A stretch of 38,491 nt of DNA, taken from NCBI GenBank assembly GCA_030605745.1, contig JAUWHT010000330.1, forward strand, positions 1 to 38,491. Reading direction: 5' to 3'. Below, piece after piece: positions 16,143-23,982 of this stretch (position 1 is the stretch's first letter; every line of letters begins with the position of its first letter). The notes beneath the pieces are model-generated. The model was not told where the DNA came from and made no database searches. It worked only from the letters and a program-made list of their open reading frames with translations. The position numbers and the translations under genes are program-made. The DNA comes from Pirellulales bacterium. Lineage in GTDB: Bacteria > Planctomycetota > Planctomycetia > Pirellulales > Thermoguttaceae.

Positions 16143-17561
16143 GTGAAGGATATCTTCATCACCGAGAACTTCTTGCTGCAAAGCAAGCGGGCAGTGAAGC
16201 TGTACCATGAGTATGCCCGCGAGTTGCCCATTATCGACTACCATTGCCACTTGCCGCCGCAACAGATCGCCGAAGATCACAAGTTCGAGAACCTGACCCA
16301 GGCATGGCTGTACGGCGACCACTACAAGTGGCGGGCGATGCGGGCCGCCGGCGTGGCCGAGCGGTACTGTACGGGCGACGCCTCCGACTGGGAGAAGTTC
16401 CAGAAATGGGCCGAAACCGCCCCCAAAACGCTCCGCAATCCGCTCTATCACTGGACACACCTGGAACTGAAACGGCCGCTGGGCATTAGCGACCGACTGC
16501 TGGGCCCCAAGACGGCCAAGGGTATCTACGATGAGGTGGGTACCCTGCTGGCCAAGGACGAATTCTCCTGCCGTGGGATCATGCGTCAGATGAACGTAGT
16601 GCTCGTGTGCACCACCGACGATCCGGTGGACAGTCTGGAACACCACGCGATGATTGCGGTCGATGCGTCGTTTCCGATCAAGGTTCTGCCGGCCTTCCGG
16701 CCCGACAAGGCGATGGCGGTCGCCTCGCCCGAGCCGTTCAACGCCTGGGTCGATCGGCTGGCCGAGATCAGCAACGTGGATATCAAGGACGATTTTGCAA
16801 CGTACATCGAGGCCCTGCGCCAGCGCCACGATTTCTTCCACAGCATGGGTTGTCGGCTCTCGGACCACGGCGTGGAAACCCTGTACGCCGAGGACTATAC
16901 CGACTCGGAGATCAGCACGGTCTTTCGCCGCATCCGCCGGGGTAACGAGCTTCGACCGGCCGAAATGCTACAGTTCCGCTCTGCCATGCTCTACGAACTG
17001 GCGCTGCTCGACCACGAGAAGGGTTGGACGCAGCAATACCACGTCGGGGCGCTGCGAAACAACAACTCGCGGTCTTTCGAGTCGCTGGGTCCCGACACGG
17101 GCTTCGATTCAATCGGCGATTTCCAACTCGCCCAAACCATGTCAAAATTCCTCGACCGGCTCGATCGCGACGACCGGCTGGCCAAAACAATCATCTACAA
17201 CCTCAACCCAGCCGACAACGACCTGGTGGCCACCATGCTGGGCAACTTCCAGGACGGCACAGTGCCCGGCAAAATGCAGTTCGGCAGCGCATGGTGGTTC
17301 CTCGATCAGAAAGACGGCATGGAGAAACAGCTCAACTCGCTCTCAAACCAGGGCCTCCTAAGCGGTTTCGTCGGCATGTTGACCGACAGCCGCTCGTTCC
17401 TATCCTATCCCCGCCACGAATACTTCCGCCGCATCCTCTGCAACCTCCTGGGCACCGAGATGGAACAAGGCCTGCTGCCGGACGACATAAAAATGATCGG
17501 CCCGTTGGTCCAAGACATCTGCTACAACAACGCGGCCAAGTACTTCGGGTTCGAGCTTTAG
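16143..17561 (+). CDS. uxaC: glucuronate isomerase
   Basis: ENFLLQSKRAVKLYHEYARELPIIDYHCHLPPQQIAEDHKFENL...GDHYKWRAMRAAGV closely parallels E. coli UxaC. GTG 16143 is preferred because the TTG 16107 track start lies inside the heptamer array. Confidence 0.9.
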   Translation: MKDIFITENFLLQSKRAVKLYHEYARELPIIDYHCHLPPQQIAEDHKFENLTQAWLYGDHYKWRAMRAAGVAERYCTGDASDWEKFQKWAETAPKTLRNPLYHWTHLELKRPLGISDRLLGPKTAKGIYDEVGTLLAKDEFSCRGIMRQMNVVLVCTTDDPVDSLEHHAMIAVDASFPIKVLPAFRPDKAMAVASPEPFNAWVDRLAEISNVDIKDDFATYIEALRQRHDFFHSMGCRLSDHGVETLYAEDYTDSEISTVFRRIRRGNELRPAEMLQFRSAMLYELALLDHEKGWTQQYHVGALRNNNSRSFESLGPDTGFDSIGDFQLAQTMSKFLDRLDRDDRLAKTIIYNLNPADNDLVATMLGNFQDGTVPGKMQFGSAWWFLDQKDGMEKQLNSLSNQGLLSGFVGMLTDSRSFLSYPRHEYFRRILCNLLGTEMEQGLLPDDIKMIGPLVQDICYNNAAKYFGFEL

Positions 17562-17589
17562 CGTTCCTATTATCCGAGTGGCCGAAACG

Positions 17590-17611
17590 CCCCGGGACTG
17601 CGGTCCCGGGG
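17590..17611. terminator. GC-rich hairpin between convergent uxaC and yraN
   Basis: CCCCGGGAC (17590-17598), loop TGCG, GTCCCGGGG (17603-17611). There is no U-tract. Confidence 0.45.
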
Positions 17612-17686
17612 AGATTGTAGCGGTCAACTCGCATTTGGAACTACTGAAACTGTAATTTGCAGACAGCGAGAGGACTGAAAAACCGG

Positions 17687-18139
17687 CTATGAATAGAACT
17701 CCCACTGTCCGACGGCCTCGAATGCGTTTTTGATGTGCTCGATCTTTGGGCGTCGTTGGCCTTTGGGCCAGGTGATGGCGATTACGTCGAATCGGGCAGG
17801 GTACTCCAGCAGGCCGTGGCGTTTCAGGAAGGTGACGGCCAAGCGGGTCAGTTGGCGCTGCTTGGCCTGATCGACTGCTTCGGCCGGATGGCCGGCCTGG
17901 TGCGTTTGGCGGGTCTTCACCTCGACGAAAACGATTGTGCGGTGCCGGACGGCCACCAGGTCGAGTTCGCCCGGCTGCAAGCGACTGCCGCGGGCGACGA
18001 TCTTGTAGCCGCGGCGCTTCAGGTACCGGGCGGCAGCCGCCTCGCCCCGCCGGCCCAGCGACTTCTCAGGGAAAAGCCAGCGGAGCCAGTTCGAGACAGC
18101 CACAGGCACGGCCATGATGCAACTCGCAGAAAATAACAT
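17687..18139 (-). CDS. yraN: YraN-family (UPF0102) endonuclease-like protein
   Basis: GRRGEAAAARYLKRRGYKIVARG...GELDLVAVRHRTIVFVEVKTR...RFDVIAITW is the YraN pattern. The alternative start is ATG 18115. Confidence 0.8.
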   Translation of the reverse strand: MLFSASCIMAVPVAVSNWLRWLFPEKSLGRRGEAAAARYLKRRGYKIVARGSRLQPGELDLVAVRHRTIVFVEVKTRQTHQAGHPAEAVDQAKQRQLTRLAVTFLKRHGLLEYPARFDVIAITWPKGQRRPKIEHIKNAFEAVGQWEFYS

Positions 18140-18158
18140 ACTGGGTCAACGCGAATAT

Positions 18159-18252
18159 CGAATATCGAACAAGGAATGTCGAAGGATGAAATCAAACAGA
18201 AGGCGAAACAGCGACGGCACTTCGTACTTCGACATTCCTTGTTCGATATTCG
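18159..18252. repeat. perfect 26-bp inverted repeat built from heptamer units
   Basis: CGAATATCGAACAAGGAATGTCGAAG (18159-18184) pairs with CTTCGACATTCCTTGTTCGATATTCG (18227-18252), with a 42-nt loop. The left side has period 7 from 18152 (CGAATAT CGAATAT CGAACAA GGAATGT CGAAGGA). Confidence 0.9.
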
Positions 18253-18288
18253 ACATTCATTCAAGTTGCCTAACCTAACCCCTCGCCC

Positions 18289-18687
18289 CTATCCCCTGGC
18301 CCCTTTCTTGCTCGCCAGTTCTTCTCGTTTCTTTGGATCGACGCGGCGTTGCTTTAGCCGGACGGCCTTTCCGGTCCGGTCGCGGAGGTAGTAGAGTTTG
18401 GCGCGGCGGACAACGCCGGATCGCTGGACCTCGACCTTGGCAATCCGCGGCGATTGCAAGGGGAATTTGCGCTCGACGCCCTGGCCCTGTACGATCCGGC
18501 GGACGGTGAACATCTCGCGTGTGCCGGAGCCGTTCCGCGCAATCACCAGGCCGGAGAATATCTGTATCCGCTCTTTCTCGCCTTCGAGGATGCGGCAGTG
18601 CACGTCGACCGTGTCGCCGATCTCGAAGTACGGCACTTGCTCCTTTATGCTGGTCTTCTCGACCAAGTTCATCAATTGCTGACTCAT
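18289..18687 (-). CDS. rplS: 50S ribosomal protein L19
   Basis: IPYFEIGDTVDVH...ERIQIFSGLVIARNGSG..FTVRR...GVERKFPLQSP is the L19 signature. Confidence 0.95.
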   Translation of the reverse strand: MSQQLMNLVEKTSIKEQVPYFEIGDTVDVHCRILEGEKERIQIFSGLVIARNGSGTREMFTVRRIVQGQGVERKFPLQSPRIAKVEVQRSGVVRRAKLYYLRDRTGKAVRLKQRRVDPKKREELASKKGARG

Positions 18688-18752
18688 GGTTTTTCCTTTC
18701 GTAAATCTAATCGGCGACGGGAAGTCACCTCATGCGGCCCTGTTCTGTATCG

Positions 18753-19523
18753 CTAATAGCCGGGAGGCAACGCCTCGCGGGGCGGCCCGGGGGGCGTTGC
18801 CTCCCGGCTATTATTCCCAACGTGCTGGTCAGGCAACTGTTTATCCAACAGGTCTGCCCGGCGTGAGTGGGTTCGCTCTCGGCTGTTTTCCTCTCGCCAT
18901 CGGGCTATCTGTTGGTGGTTTCCGCTGAGCAAGACCGGCGGCGCCTCCAGGCCGCGGTACACGCGCGGGCGGGTGTACTGGGCGAACTCCAGCAGCCGCT
19001 GTTCACCCGAGAACGAATCGTCGCTGCTGCTTAGTTCATCTCCCAGCACGCCCGGCACCAGCCGCACAACCGCGTCGATGATCGCCATAGCGGCGACTTC
19101 ACCCCCGCTGAGGACGAAGTCGCCGATCGAAATCTCCTCCGGCTGAAGTATCACGCGGATCCTCTCGTCAAAACCTTCGTAGCGGCCACATAGCAAGAGT
19201 ATCCGGTGGTGTTCGGCCAGTCGTTCGACAGCCGGCTGATCGAGCCGCCGTCCTTGCGGTGTGAGCATGACCAGGTGGCCGGGGTCCGGATCATGCCGGC
19301 GAACCGCTTCCACGCACTCGACGACCGGCTCGACCTTCAGCACCATGCCGGGCCCGCCCCCGAAGGGACGATCGTCGACCGAGTGGTGTTTATCTTGGGC
19401 CCAGTGGCGAATGTCGTGCAATTGCACGTCGACCAGGCCCGCTTCAATCGCACGCTTCAACAGGCTCTCGGCCAGGTATCCCTGGAAGATTTCGGGAAAC
19501 AGGGTTAAGAGGTCGAAGCGCAT
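18753..19523 (-). CDS. trmD: tRNA (guanine37-N1)-methyltransferase
   Basis: MRFDLLTLFPEIF..., LLCGRYEGFDERI and SIGDFVLSGGE are TrmD motifs. ATG 19523 is preferred because the track TTG 19535 lies in the heptamer array. The last roughly 20 codons are encoded by the family B palindrome. Confidence 0.9.
   Translation of the reverse strand: MRFDLLTLFPEIFQGYLAESLLKRAIEAGLVDVQLHDIRHWAQDKHHSVDDRPFGGGPGMVLKVEPVVECVEAVRRHDPDPGHLVMLTPQGRRLDQPAVERLAEHHRILLLCGRYEGFDERIRVILQPEEISIGDFVLSGGEVAAMAIIDAVVRLVPGVLGDELSSSDDSFSGEQRLLEFAQYTRPRVYRGLEAPPVLLSGNHQQIARWREENSRERTHSRRADLLDKQLPDQHVGNNSREATPPGPPREALPPGY
18755..18812. repeat. family B palindromic element (perfect 20-bp arms)
   Basis: AATAGCCGGGAGGCAACGCC (18755-18774) pairs with GGCGTTGCCTCCCGGCTATT (18793-18812). 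The element lies entirely inside the 3' end of the trmD ORF. Confidence 0.9.
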
Positions 19524-19583
19524 TGCAAATTGCAAATTGAAAATCTAATTTGCAATTTGCAATTCTCAATTTGCAATTTGCAA
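19522..19583. repeat. hairpin made of ATTGCAA/TTTGCAA heptamer arrays
   Basis: ATTGCAA ATTGCAA ATTGAAA AT (19522-19544) faces TTTGCAA TTTGCAA TTCTCAA TTTGCAA TTTGCAA T (19548-19583). It directly abuts the trmD start. Confidence 0.85.
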
Positions 19584-19639
19584 TATCTATTTACTCAAAG
19601 TGCAAACAGATTGGGACGTTTTGCTCGGAAAACACCGTA

Positions 19640-19710
19640 GGGACTAGGGATTCGGGACTCGGGACTCGGGGTTATTGAATGCAACCCTCCAGTCCCGAGC
19701 CCCGAGCCCC
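19640..19710. repeat. imperfect hairpin made of GGGACTC-type heptamers
   Basis: GGGACTA GGGATTC GGGACTC GGGACTC GGGG (19640-19671) faces CCAGTCCCGAGCCCCGAGCCCC (19689-19710). Confidence 0.75.
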
Positions 19711-19764
19711 TGTTTTCCAAGCATATCACGTTTTCCCAAATGCTAGCGTTTACAGTTTGAGTAT

Positions 19765-20133
19765 TTATGTAGTGTCTTCAGAAGCGGGCTCTTCCACATC
19801 GGTTGTCTCGGTCTTGGGTAATTCCGGGCGGCGCCGGCTTTTGGCGAGCTGCTCCAGGGCGGCCCGCTGCTGCTCGAGGTGCGTTCCCTCGGCGCCGTAC
19901 TTCTTGATCAGCACCTTGACCTTATCCGACGGCTGGGCGCCGGTGCTCAACCAGTAGTTGATGCGCTGGCCGTTGAGCACAGCCCGGGCATCGACCTCCT
20001 GGACCATCGGGTCGTAGGTGCCGAGTTCCTCGAGCACGCGGCCGTCGCGCGGGCTGCGGATATCCATTGCACAAATGCGAAAGAAGGGGCGATGCCGCCG
20101 ACCCAACTTCTTCATCCGAATACGTACTGACAC
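19765..20133 (-). CDS. rpsP: 30S ribosomal protein S16
   Basis: SVRIRMKKLGRRHRPFFRICAMDIRSPRDGR is the S16 N-terminal signature. The C-terminal tail is extended and charged. Confidence 0.93.
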   Translation of the reverse strand: MSVRIRMKKLGRRHRPFFRICAMDIRSPRDGRVLEELGTYDPMVQEVDARAVLNGQRINYWLSTGAQPSDKVKVLIKKYGAEGTHLEQQRAALEQLAKSRRRPELPKTETTDVEEPASEDTT

Positions 20134-20134
20134 G

Positions 20135-21622
20135 TTATTTATCTCCTTTTGTTCGGGTCTCGCGTTTTTTTCGCCGCAGCTCCCTTTTGCGGAGCTTTTT
20201 CTGCTGGGCCCGTTCCGTGGGTGTTAGGCGTTTGCCGGTCCCCTTCTTCTGTTTAGCGAATCTGGCGCCCGGGTTGAGCATACCGCCCTGGCCGAGTTGC
20301 TGCACGGTCTTCATCCGGTCGCGGATACCCATGCCGGACATGCGCTTCATGACATCGGCGATGCCGTCGAACTGCTTGACCAGTTCGTTGACTTCGTGTG
20401 GCTGGACGCCGGCGCCGGCGGCGATCCGGCGGCGGCGGCTCTGGTCGATGACCTTGGAAGGGTTGCGGCGCTCTTCGGGTGTCATCGAGTCGATCACGCC
20501 CACCAGGCGGCGCATGTCCTTCTCGGCATCCACCTGGCCGATCATCTCATTCAATCCGCTCATGCCGGGAATCATGCCCATGATCTTGTTCAACGGTCCC
20601 AACTTCTTGGTCTGGCCCAGCATTTTTTTGAAGTCGTCGAGTGTGAACTCGCCCTTGCTGAGCCGCTGCTGTTGCTTGGCCATCTCTTCCTGGTCGAACT
20701 TCTGCTGTGCCTGCTCGACCAGCGAGAGGACGTCGCCCATGCCCAGGATCCGGCCGGCCATGCGATCCGGATGGAACTCCTCCAGTGCGTCGAGGTGTTC
20801 TCCTGTGCCGACGAACTTGATCGGCACGCCGGTGACCGCCTTGACCGACAGTGCCGCCCCGCCCCGGGCGTCGCCGTCAAGTTTGGTCATGATCACGCCG
20901 TCCAACTCCAGCGCTTCGTTGAAGGCCTTGGCACTGTTGACGGCGTCCTGGCCGGTCATCGCGTCGACCACCAGGTAGACCTGGTCCGGCTGCATGCGGT
21001 CGTCGATCTTCGAGAGTTGATCCATCAACTCCCGGTCCACGTGCAGACGTCCGGCCGTGTCGAGGATCAGCAGGTCGGCCTCCGACGCCTTGGCCGCCCT
21101 GACCGCAGCCTGGCAGACCTTCACCGGATCGGTGGCGGCGGTCTCGACGTAGACCGGCAGGCCGAGCTGCTCGCCGAGCACCTGCAACTGGTCGATGGCG
21201 GCCGGGCGCTGCAAGTCGGCTGCCACCAGCATTGGCTTGCGGCCGCGCCCATGCACCAACCGGCCCAGCTTCCCACAGGTGGTCGTCTTACCGGACCCTT
21301 GCAGGCCGCAGAGCATCAGCACCGGCAGATCACCCCGCAGGTGCAGCGAGTGGTCCACCGGGCCCATCAGGTTGATCAGCTCCTGGTGGACGATCCCAAC
21401 GAGCTGCTCGGACGGATCCAGCGATTTGAGCACCCGTTCGCCTATGGCCTGCTCGGTGAGCCGAGCCATGAAGTCCTTGGCGACCGAGAAGCTAACGTCG
21501 GCCTCCAGCAGGGCTTGCCGCACCAGGCCGAGGCCCTCGCGCATGTTGGCCTCGGTCAGCCTGCCGCGACCCCGCAGGCTCTTGATCGCCGATGACAAGT
21601 TTTGCGAAAGCGATTCAAACAT
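20135..21622 (-). CDS. ffh: signal recognition particle protein Ffh
   Basis: [18 protein letters not shown]..., [14 protein letters not shown] and a methionine-rich M domain (GMIPGMSGL). ATG 21622 is preferred over the track start at 21655. Confidence 0.95.
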   Translation of the reverse strand: MFESLSQNLSSAIKSLRGRGRLTEANMREGLGLVRQALLEADVSFSVAKDFMARLTEQAIGERVLKSLDPSEQLVGIVHQELINLMGPVDHSLHLRGDLPVLMLCGLQGSGKTTTCGKLGRLVHGRGRKPMLVAADLQRPAAIDQLQVLGEQLGLPVYVETAATDPVKVCQAAVRAAKASEADLLILDTAGRLHVDRELMDQLSKIDDRMQPDQVYLVVDAMTGQDAVNSAKAFNEALELDGVIMTKLDGDARGGAALSVKAVTGVPIKFVGTGEHLDALEEFHPDRMAGRILGMGDVLSLVEQAQQKFDQEEMAKQQQRLSKGEFTLDDFKKMLGQTKKLGPLNKIMGMIPGMSGLNEMIGQVDAEKDMRRLVGVIDSMTPEERRNPSKVIDQSRRRRIAAGAGVQPHEVNELVKQFDGIADVMKRMSGMGIRDRMKTVQQLGQGGMLNPGARFAKQKKGTGKRLTPTERAQQKKLRKRELRRKKRETRTKGDK

Positions 21623-21759
21623 GGCTTCGTGTAACCTTGTAATACTAGCGGACATTGGGCCGGTTTGGCAATACGGGCCTCACGCCAGAAAGCATGCCAC
21701 CTCCAGCGAGGGGACTTTGCCCACCAGTCCGAACATCTCTTGTAGCAACACACCCACCT

Positions 21760-21781
21760 GAGTACCCAGTATTGGGTACTC
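21760..21781. terminator. perfect 9-bp hairpin downstream of the oppC-like gene
   Basis: GAGTACCCA (21760-21768), loop GTAT, TGGGTACTC (21773-21781). It lies 28 nt beyond the stop at 21809 on the minus strand. Confidence 0.4.
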
Positions 21782-21808
21782 CGTACCGAGTTGCCAAGCC
21801 GTAAGCGG

Positions 21809-22927
21809 TTATCGGTTCTTCATTCTCGGATCGAGTGCATCGCGCAACCCGTCGCCGAGGAAGTTCAGCGCCAACAGAGTCAGCCCCAACGCCAGGCCGG
21901 GGAACACGACCAGCCACCAGTAGATCCGTACCGGCGTGATGGCCTGGACGCCTTCGTTGGCCAGCAGTCCCCAGGAGACGTCGGGCGGCTCGACGCCCAG
22001 GCCCAGGAACGACAAAAACGCCTCGAACAGCATCACCCGGGGAATCGTCAGCGTCAAGTATACGATGACCACGCTGAGCAAGTTGGGCACCAGGTGCATG
22101 AAGATGATCCGCATCCGGCTGGCGCCGATGGTACGCGCGGCCTCGACGAACTGCTCGTGCTTCAGCGAAATCACCTGTCCGCGGACGACCCGGGCCATCG
22201 TCAGCCAGTAGATCGCACCGACCACGAAGAAGAAAATCACGATTCGATTGATCCCGTACCGTTCTTCCAGCGGCTCCTTGATGCCTTCGGCGCTGAGGAT
22301 CGTAATCAGGAAGATGACCACGAAGATGAACGGGATGGAGTACATCACGTCGACGATGCGCATCATCAGGTTATCGGTCCGCCCGCCGAGGTATCCGGAG
22401 ATCGTGCCGTAGGAGACGCCGATCACCAGCGAGACCAGCGTGGCGACGAGTCCCACCGCCAGCGAGATTCGCGCGCCCCAAAAGAGCCGCGAGAGCACGT
22501 CGCGGCCCAGCTTGTCGGTGCCGCAAAGTGAGGCGATCGACCATTTACCGAACAACGCTACGCGCGCTCGCAGCATGGCGCCGCTAAGGAAACCCAGGTC
22601 GCCAAAGCCGGCGGCCAGCGGGTCCTGCTGCAAGTGGTCGTTGCCGCCGGGCAGTTGCAGCGTCTGTTGCATCAGCGGCCAGCCGACCGGCGCGGCGAAC
22701 TGACGCGACGTATCCACTTGGCGCGGCGGCTGAAGCGGCAACAGCGGCGTCAATACGGCCAATAGCCCCAGCACCACCAAAAACCACAGCGACAGCATGG
22801 CCGCACGATTACGGCGCAACCGCCGCCAGGCATCCTGGCCAAGCGAAACGCCCTTGATCGCCCGGGCTTCATCGAGCAGCGCGGCGTAGCGCTGGAGATC
22901 GGGTTGGTTATCGGTGGCAGTGCTCAA
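21809..22927 (-). CDS. ABC transporter permease, OppC/DppC-like
   Basis: 372 aa with multiple transmembrane segments. The EAA-type loop is EAARTIGASRMRIIFMHLVPN. The TTG start at 22927 has GGAGAA 6 nt upstream. Confidence 0.85.
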   Translation of the reverse strand: MSTATDNQPDLQRYAALLDEARAIKGVSLGQDAWRRLRRNRAAMLSLWFLVVLGLLAVLTPLLPLQPPRQVDTSRQFAAPVGWPLMQQTLQLPGGNDHLQQDPLAAGFGDLGFLSGAMLRARVALFGKWSIASLCGTDKLGRDVLSRLFWGARISLAVGLVATLVSLVIGVSYGTISGYLGGRTDNLMMRIVDVMYSIPFIFVVIFLITILSAEGIKEPLEERYGINRIVIFFFVVGAIYWLTMARVVRGQVISLKHEQFVEAARTIGASRMRIIFMHLVPNLLSVVIVYLTLTIPRVMLFEAFLSFLGLGVEPPDVSWGLLANEGVQAITPVRIYWWLVVFPGLALGLTLLALNFLGDGLRDALDPRMKNR

Positions 22928-22941
22928 TGTGTTCTCCGATC

Positions 22942-23061
22942 GTTTAGCGGCCGGGCTTGCCCGGCGTGTTGTTGGATTGCCGGTTCGCTCGACGTGTTGG
23001 GGCGGCAGCTCAACTGCCGCCTCAACGCGAGCAACGCGCCGGGCAAGCCCGGCCGCTAAAC
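22942..23061. repeat. family A palindromic (REPIN-like) element, intercistronic in the opp-like operon
   Basis: The 30-bp arms GTTTAGCGGCCGGGCTTGCCCGGCGTGTTG (22942-22971) and CAACGCGCCGGGCAAGCCCGGCCGCTAAAC (23032-23061) have one mismatch. The inner hairpin is GGCGGCAG/CTGCCGCC (23000-23007 / 23013-23020). Each arm is itself self-complementary (GCCGGGC TT GCCCGGC). Confidence 0.9.
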
Positions 23062-23064
23062 GGT

Positions 23065-23982
23065 CTACTCCAACTCCACTCGGGGATCCAAATACGCGTA
23101 CGAGATGTCCACCAGCAGGTTCATCGTGTACAATAGTGCGGTGTACAATAGCACCAGGCCCATTGCCAGCGTGTAATCACGCTGTGTGGCAGCCTGGATG
23201 AAGTGGACGCCCAGGCCCGGGATAGCGAATATCTGCTCCACTACCAGGGAGCCGGTCAGGATGCCGGCAATCGCCGGACCCAGGAACGAGACGACCGGCA
23301 GCAAGGCATTCTTCAAGGCATGTCGCAGGACAACTGCCCGGGTGGAAAGGCCCTTGGCGTAGGCCGTGCGGATGTAGTCCTGCGAGAGCACCTCCAACAT
23401 GCCGGTCCGCATCAGCCGGGCGATGTAGGCGGCGTATGGTGCACCCAGGCAGAAGCCCGGCAGGACCAAGTGCCCCAGTGTTCCCCAACCGGCGGCCGGG
23501 AACACCGGCAAGAGGAACACGAATAGGATAATCATAATGCCGGCGATAACGAAGTTCGGCAGCGCGATCCCGATCGTGGCCGCCAGCATTAGCGCAACGT
23601 CTACGACCGTCTGTCGCCGTGCTGCCGATATAATGCCGGCCGTCAGTCCCAGCGACAGCGCAAAAAACAGGGCCACGATGCCCAACGAGGCTGAAATCGG
23701 AAACCCCTGGGCAATGATCTCGTTCACACGAAAATCGGCCAGCCGGAAACTGTAGCCTAAATCGAGCCGCAGCGTGTTTCCCAATTCCCGGCCGTACTGC
23801 TTCCAGAGCGGTTCGTCCAGGTGGTAGCGCTTTTCCAGGTTGGCCTTGATCTCCGGATCGAGGGTCCGCTCCTGGTCCAGCGGCCCGCCCGGTACCGACC
23901 GCATCAGGAAGAAGCTCACCGTGAACACCACCCACAGCGTAATCGCCATCCAGACCAAGCGTTTGAGGATAAAGGCGATCAC
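23065..23982 (-). CDS. ABC transporter permease, OppB/DppB-like
   Basis: VIAFILKRLVWMAITLWVVFTVSFFLM is a typical N-terminus, and YIRTAYAKGLS is the EAA motif. The GTG start 23982-23980 overlaps the TGA stop of the upstream binding-protein gene (GTGA) and has GAGGAAGGG upstream. Confidence 0.85.
   Translation of the reverse strand: MIAFILKRLVWMAITLWVVFTVSFFLMRSVPGGPLDQERTLDPEIKANLEKRYHLDEPLWKQYGRELGNTLRLDLGYSFRLADFRVNEIIAQGFPISASLGIVALFFALSLGLTAGIISAARRQTVVDVALMLAATIGIALPNFVIAGIMIILFVFLLPVFPAAGWGTLGHLVLPGFCLGAPYAAYIARLMRTGMLEVLSQDYIRTAYAKGLSTRAVVLRHALKNALLPVVSFLGPAIAGILTGSLVVEQIFAIPGLGVHFIQAATQRDYTLAMGLVLLYTALLYTMNLLVDISYAYLDPRVELE

Noticed and set aside
16085-19583. Heptamer arrays and repeated palindromes considered as a possible CRISPR array.
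   Set aside because: The units are 7 bp and directly tandem with no spacers. The larger palindromes are single inverted pairs, not regularly spaced direct repeats. No cas genes are present.
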